From NCBI RefSeq assembly GCF_009914755.1, contig NC_060928.1: a stretch of 64,000 bases of DNA. The stretch is one strand, 5' to 3'. This document shows, piece by piece, positions 58,299 to 64,000 of the stretch. Made by a program: the position numbers and the translations under genes. The notes below the pieces were generated by a model, which ran no database searches, was not told the origin of the DNA, and saw nothing but the letters and a program-made list of their open reading frames with translations. Each line of letters opens with the position of its first letter. Positions within the stretch are counted from its first letter, which is position 1. The stretch comes from the human T2T-CHM13v2.0 reference genome, Homo sapiens.

Positions 58299-58409
58299 TT
58301 AAAAAAATTGAAGTCTTTCAGTTACACTCTCTTGGATGTACGGTATAATCACAAGAATAATACTAATAGTTATAATAATAATTACTCATTTTAATACCTA
58401 ACTTTTAAT

Positions 58410-58625
58410 AATAATAGCTAACCTTTTTAGGATATTTTCTAGGTGCCAATACAGTTTTAAATATTGTATATATAGTGACTCGTTTAGTCATCATGACAGT
58501 CATTTAACCATTTACCTCATTTATCAGATGACAGAAGATAACTACAAAAAGGTTAAGTAATTTGCCTGAGGAAATTAGTAGCAGAGCCAAGAATCAATTC
58601 CAGTCTCTTGAATCCTAAAAGCCCT
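58410..58625 (-). mobile_element. MIR
   Basis: cctcatttatcagatga...aggttaagtaatttgcctgagg...gtagcagagccaagaatc. Confidence 0.7.
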
Positions 58626-58959
58626 TGCTTTTTAAAAGAGCCACCGTATCAGTTTGCCATGTGTACCTGCAGATCCCCATTCTGGCATTGCATGTGGCAT
58701 TATAAGGGTCTTCCTGGTGCAATTACTGAGGGTTGAATCCAGGAATACAGGTATTTCACCTTAACTTCCATTTTATCTCTCACTCTACGGGCATAAAGTG
58801 AGAATTACAGGTGTTACTCAACTCAAGCTTATAGGAAATAAATGTTGCTGATTGTTCTGTATGTATGTCTTCCCTCAGATTTATGGGACTAATTTTAGGG
58901 AAGTATCTGCTCACATTCCACCTCTTCAGATAAATCTTTGATAAACTCTGGATCTAATG

Positions 58960-59210
58960 AAAAATTAGATTTCTGCCCCCTTAGCTTGTTACATGTTTTT
59001 CTTCATAGCATTTTCCACTGACATTTTTTTTTACTTTTTTACTTTAAATTTACTTTATTTTTTTTACTTAACTAGCTGCCTCATCATTGATATTGTAAAG
59101 TTCATGATAAATTTTGTGTTGTTCACCTCTCTATCCCTAATATCTGGAGAATTACCTAGTATATAGTAAATGCTCAATAACTATTTGTTTAGTAAATTGT
59201 TAATGAACGA
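58960..59210 (+). mobile_element. L2 3' end
   Basis: ttgttcacctctctatcc...atagtaaatgctcaataactatttgtt. Confidence 0.7.
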
Positions 59211-60867
59211 GTTCAAGGTTGGGTGGAATAAATACCTGGAAAAAAATCACTCACAGGGAACTCATAATAATGATTATTTCTAGAGAGGCAGATTATATAA
59301 ATGAAACATAAGAAAAAATAAGACTTTTTCCTCCTTGTAAAACTTTCTGCTGTTAGGATTTTATTAAAGTAAATATAGACATTTACTATTTTTAGTTTAA
59401 CACGATTACCATTTGCAACTACTTTTTGTTTCCAAAAAGATTTTGTAAGGCCTATGCAACCCAAACAGATATATTTTTATACCAATATAAATTAAATACT
59501 GACCGTCATGCACATGTTTGTGGGGTCATCTGCTGCCCTGCTGGAGGTGTGCACGAGCATGTGGACTCCCATCGACTTGCCACTGCCCTGCCAAAGCACT
59601 TTTGATAAGCATCATCCATTTGAGTATTGTTGCCAGCAGACTGAGAACACCTCTGACCAACTAGCACAGCAGGTGCTTAACCTCCAGGGGCCAGATAGCA
59701 AAGCAGTGGGCCAGGTCCTAGCCCTGCAAAAGTTAGAGCATGCAGCACAGGAGTCCCAGTATTGCCCCTCTGAGATTATCAAGAAATGAAGCCAACCAAC
59801 TAAACCCAACTTACACTACAGTAAAATCCTCAAGGGCATCAAAAAATATAGAAACGAAAAGTGCCATATACAAACATTAAAGTCCACCTAGAGGAGAAAG
59901 AAAGTCCAAGAACTACAGCAACTCTAAATGCCAGGTTGTCTTTTTACCTCCAAATGCCTCCACTAGCTCCCCAGCAGAGGTTCTTAATCAAACTGAAATG
60001 ACTGAAATGGCAGGCATAGAATTTAGAATCTGACTGGCAATGAAGATCATTAAGATTCAGTAGAAAGTTGAAAGACAATCAGAGGAATCTAAGGAATCCT
60101 ATAAAATGATACAAGTGATGAAAGAAGAAATAGCCATTTTAAGAAAGAACCAAACTACTCTAGAGCTGAAAACTCACTACAAGAATTTCATAATACAGTC
60201 GGAAATATTAACAGCAGAATAGAGCAAGTTCTGAGAAGAGAATCTCAGAACTTACAGACTGGTTCCTTGAATCAACTCAATCAAACAAAAATAATTTGAA
60301 AAATGAAGAAAACCCCTGAGAAATATGGGATTATGTAAGGAAATCAAATCTATGACTCATTGCCATTACAGCAAGAGAGGGAGAGAAAGCAAGCTATTTT
60401 GGAAATATATTTCAGACTATTGCCCAGGAAAATTTCCATAGCCTAACTAGAGAGGTTGATATACAAATTTAGGATATTCAGAGAATCCCAAAAATATTCT
60501 ATACAAGATGACCATCCTCGCAACATAATCATCAGGCTCTCCAAGGTCAATGTGAAAGAAATAAGTATAAAAGGTGACTAGAGATAAGGGCAATGTCACA
60601 TACAAAAGGAACCTCATCAAACTAACAGTAGATTTTTCAGCAGAAACCTTACATGCCAGAAGAGAGTAAGGGTCTACATTCAGCATCCTTAAAGAAAAAA
60701 ATTTTCCAACTGCAAATTTTATATCCAGCCAAACTCAACATTATAAGTGAAGGAGAAATACAATCCTTTTCTGACAAACAAATATTAAGGAAATTCATTA
60801 CCACAACACCCCCTTTACAAGAGGTATTTAAGGGAGTGCTAAACATGGAAATGAAAGACTGTTACCT

Positions 60868-61168
<301 letters not shown>

Positions 61169-61181
61169 CTATTATCTGCCA

Positions 61182-61182
<1 letters not shown>

Positions 61183-61215
<33 letters not shown>
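61183..61215. repeat. (CA)n microsatellite
   Basis: About 16 CA units. Confidence 0.95.
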
Positions 61216-61217
<2 letters not shown>

Positions 61218-63161
61218 CAAAGTACACAGCCCACTGACACTCTAAAGCAACTATACAATCAAGTTCGCATAACAACTAGCTAACAACATAACATAATCAA
61301 ATCCTCACATGTCAATATTAACCTTTAATGTAAATGGGCTAAATGTCCCTTAAAAGGCACAGAGTGGCAAATTGGATAAAGAAGCAAAACTCAACTGTAT
61401 CCTGTCTTCAAGAGAACCATCTCATATGCAATGACACCCATAGGCTCAAAGTAAAAGGAAAGGAAAAGATCTATCAAGCAAACAGAAAACATAGAAGAAC
61501 AAGGGTTGCTATTTTTATTTTAGATGAAACAAACTTTAAATCAACAATGATCAGAAAGGACAAATAAGGACATTACATAATGACAAAGGGTTCACTTCAG
61601 TATAATGATCCTAAATATATATGCCCCAAGTCAGGAGCAGCATATTAATAAAATAATTTTTAGAGACCTAAAAGGGACTTAGATAATAACGCAATAATAG
61701 TAGGAGCCTTCAACATCCCACTGACAGTATTAGATCATCAAGGAAAAAAACTAACAAAGAATTTGAGACCTAAACTCAACACTTGACCAAATAGACCTAA
61801 CAGACATCTACAGAATATGCCACAGAACAAGAGAATATACATTCTTCTCATCTGCATATAGCAATACTCTAGAGTCAACAAAATGCTCAGCCGTAAAGCA
61901 ATTCTCAAGAAACAGCACAAAAAATCAAAATTATACCAATAACACTCTCGGACCACACACAATAACAATAAAAATCAATATCAAGAAGATCTCTCAAAAC
62001 CATACAATTAAATGGAAATTTAGAAACCTGCTCCTGAATGAATTTTGAGTAAATGACAAAATTAAGGCAGAAATTAAGAAATTCTTTGACAACAATGAAA
62101 CCAAAGATTTAACATACCAGAATATCTGAGACACAGGTAAAGCAGTGTTAAAAGGAAAGTTTATAGTGCTAAGTTCCTACATCAAAAAGTTAGAAAGATC
62201 TCAAATTAACAACCTAACATCACAATTAAGGGAAGCAGAAAAACAAGAGCAAATCAACTCCAAAGATAGCAGAAGAAAAGAAATAACCAAAATCAAAGCA
62301 GAACTGAATAAAATTTAGATGTGAAAATCCATACAAAAATCAATGAAACAGAAAGTTGCTTCTCTGAAAGAATAAATAAGATGAATAGACCACTAGTTAG
62401 ACTAATAAAGAAAAAGAAGAGAGAAGATCCAAAACACAATCAGAAATGACAAATGTTGCATTACTACCAACCCCACAGAAATACAAAAATCTCTCAGAGA
62501 CTATTATGAATACCTCTATGCAAAAAAAAAAAAAAAAAAAAAAAACTAGAAAATCTAGGCAAAATGGATATATTTCTGGAAACATGCAACCTCACAAGAT
62601 TGAACCGGGAGGAAACTAAATACCTGAATAGACTAACATGAGTTCTGAAATTGAATAAGTAATATAAAACCTACCAACCAGAAAAAGCCCTAGACTAAAT
62701 GAATTTGCAGCCAAATTCTTCCAGATGTAGAAAGAAGAGATGGTACCAATCCTGAAACTATTGTAAAAAATTATGGAGGAGGGACTCCTCCCTAACTCAT
62801 TCAAAGAGGTCAGCATCATTCTGCTACCAAAAACTGGCAGAGACACAACAAACGAAGAAATAATTTAGGCCAGTATTCCTGATGAACAACACAGATGCAA
62901 AAATCTTCAAGAAAATACTAGCAAACTAAATCCAGCAGCATGTCAAAAAGCTAATACACCAGGATCAAATAGATTTTATTCCTGGGATGCAAGGTTTGTT
63001 CAATATATGCATATAGGCTTTTAAAAAATTTCAGCATCATTTCCTGTTAAAATCCCTCAACAAACTATGCACTTAAGGAACATCCCTCAAAATAAAATGA
63101 TTCATCTATGACAAACCCACAGCCAATATCACATTGAACAAATAAAAGCTGGGAGCATTCC

Positions 63162-63535
63162 TGTATTGGTCTCTTTTCACACTACTTTAAAGAACTACCT
63201 AAGACTGGGCAATTTATAAAGAAAAGAGGTTTAATTCAGCCACAGTTCTGCATAGCTGGGAAGGGCTTAGGAAGCTTAACAATCATGGCAGAAGGGGAAG
63301 CAAGGCATGATTTCATGGTGGCAGGAGAGAGAGAGAAAAAAAGAAAGAGAGAGTGAGAGAGCAAGGGGGGAAGTGCCACACTTTTAAACCATCAGATCTC
63401 ATGAGAACTCACTGTCACAGGAATACCACTGGGGAAACTGTCCCCATGATCCAATCACCTTTCACCAGATCCCTCCCCTGAAATGTGGGAATTACAATTT
63501 GAGATGAGATTTGGGTGGTGACACAGAGCCAAACC
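63162..63535 (-). mobile_element. THE1/MST LTR
   Basis: tgtattggtc...aagaaaagaggtttaatt...gagatttgggtggtgacacagagccaaacc. Confidence 0.9.
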
Positions 63536-64000
63536 CCTGACCCTTCCCAAATCTCATGTACTTCTCCTATTTCAAAACAAATCATGTCTTCCCAATAGTC
63601 CCCCAAAGTCTTAACTCATTCCAGCATTAACTCAAAAGTCCATGCCCCAAGTCCCATCTGAGACAACATAAGTCCCTTTCATCTATGAGCCTGTAAAATA
63701 AAAAAAATAGTTACTTCCAAGATACTATGGGGTTCAGGCATTGGGTAAATGCTCCCATTCCAAATGGGAGAAGTTGATGAAAACTAAGGGGCTACCGACC
63801 CCATATAAGTCTGAAATCCAGCAGGGCAGCCATTAAATCATAAAGCTCCAAAATAATCTCCTTTGACTCTGTGTCTCACATCCAGGGCATGATGATGCAA
63901 GATATGGGCTCTCAGGAGGCTGCACTCTGAAGCCCACCCCTGCAGCACTTCAGAGTACAGCCCCTGCTGCTGCTTTTATGAGGTGGTGTTGAGTGGCTGC
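63536..64000 (-). mobile_element. THE1/MST internal sequence (runs off the window)
   Basis: ccccaaagtcttaactcattccagcattaac...ttaaagctccaaaataatctcctttgactc-like. Confidence 0.88.

Overview
AT-rich, repeat-dense human genomic DNA; a pre-Ta L1HS insertion and an AluYi6-type element point to Homo. I see no intact protein-coding gene, and the long ORFs come from L1, Alu, LTR or piggyBac sequence. The main feature is a nearly full-length fossil PGBD3-family piggyBac transposon (29192-32007) between TTAA sites. It carries a decayed transposase ORF, three copies of the internal palindrome and an exon-trap layout whose 3' splice AG reads CG. It keeps the ancestral catalytic Asp that domesticated PGBD3 lacks. 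Also present: four 5'-inverted (twin-primed) L1s, one nested in another; a symmetric fold-back of two 47-bp Alu heads; a MER51-type LTR with unusually long flanking repeats; a full-length 7SL retrocopy; ERVL pol remnants; and many MaLR, MIR, L2 and Alu elements. Subfamily names come from recalled consensus sequences, not a database search. I found no convincing new biological system beyond these.
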